17,683 bases of DNA, from positions 1 through 17,683 of the forward strand of contig JAKPMO010000025.1 in assembly GCA_029548865.1 (NCBI GenBank), in the 5' to 3' direction. The notes under the pieces were generated by a model. It had not been told where the DNA came from and ran no database searches. It saw nothing but the letters and a program-made list of their open reading frames with translations. The position numbers were made by a program, and so were the translations under genes. This stretch comes from Caldisericota bacterium (GTDB lineage: Bacteria > Caldisericota > Caldisericia > JAAYUI01). Positions within the stretch are counted from its first letter, which is position 1. Each line of letters begins with the position of its first letter. This document shows positions 17,601-17,683 of this stretch, piece after piece.

Positions 17601-17683
17601 ACATCGTGTGGTCGGATGCATCTTACCTGAATGAAGAAATCATGTATGTGAAGTGGGACCAATCGATCATGAACTGGGTGGGT
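14615..17683 (+). CDS. Very large secreted repeat protein (7-repeat beta-propeller, DUF11-like domain, Gly/Asp linker, second DUF11-like domain, second propeller), interrupted by one in-frame TAG at 15929-15931; 3' end beyond the window. Either readthrough or a pseudogene.
   Basis: SD GGAGGAG, signal peptide, and ~60-aa repeats W(V/A)GANGSxY..N(V/I)SxN...S..PxLxLDS...PHIVW....EIMYxxW. Manual translation after the TAG is open for 584 codons to the window end and continues the same repeat (YTNTNSNVSKNKGSSLFPCLALDSSDAPHIVWED). Confidence 0.85.

Noticed and set aside
1..17683. Genome-wide TAG reassignment (alternative genetic code)
   Set aside because: Only one internal TAG was found among several thousand sense codons. 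The absence of TAG stops in 12 ORFs is too small a sample to support a code change.

Overview
Bacterial chromosomal window, with no rRNA, tRNA, CRISPR array or mobile element detected. It encodes several large secreted modular proteins: an Ig-like + PQQ-type propeller protein running off the left edge, a beta-helix + DUF11 + PKD protein, two tandem M6-like metalloprotease/dockerin paralogs, and a long propeller/DUF11 repeat protein running off the right edge. It also carries rarA, an HXXEE membrane protein, an M42 aminopeptidase and an orphan gene. The architectures recall Caldisericota-like anaerobes, which is an impression only. Two things stand out. (1) A complete transcription attenuator absent from the ORF track lies at 6456-6683: a consensus sigma70 promoter, an 18-aa leader peptide MRVR-NNNNN-AHLLGGASV, mutually exclusive 1:2/2:3/3:4 helices and a second relay terminator. 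It sits ahead of an operon of two microproteins, a bacterial RIO1-type kinase and a tandem GNAT acetyltransferase, suggesting a ribosome-stalling (macrolide or Asn-limitation) inducible module. (2) The right-hand giant gene has a single in-frame TAG at codon 439, inside its seventh repeat, and the frame stays open for 584 more codons. None of the other 12 complete ORFs called here ends in TAG. Several genes also look leaderless.
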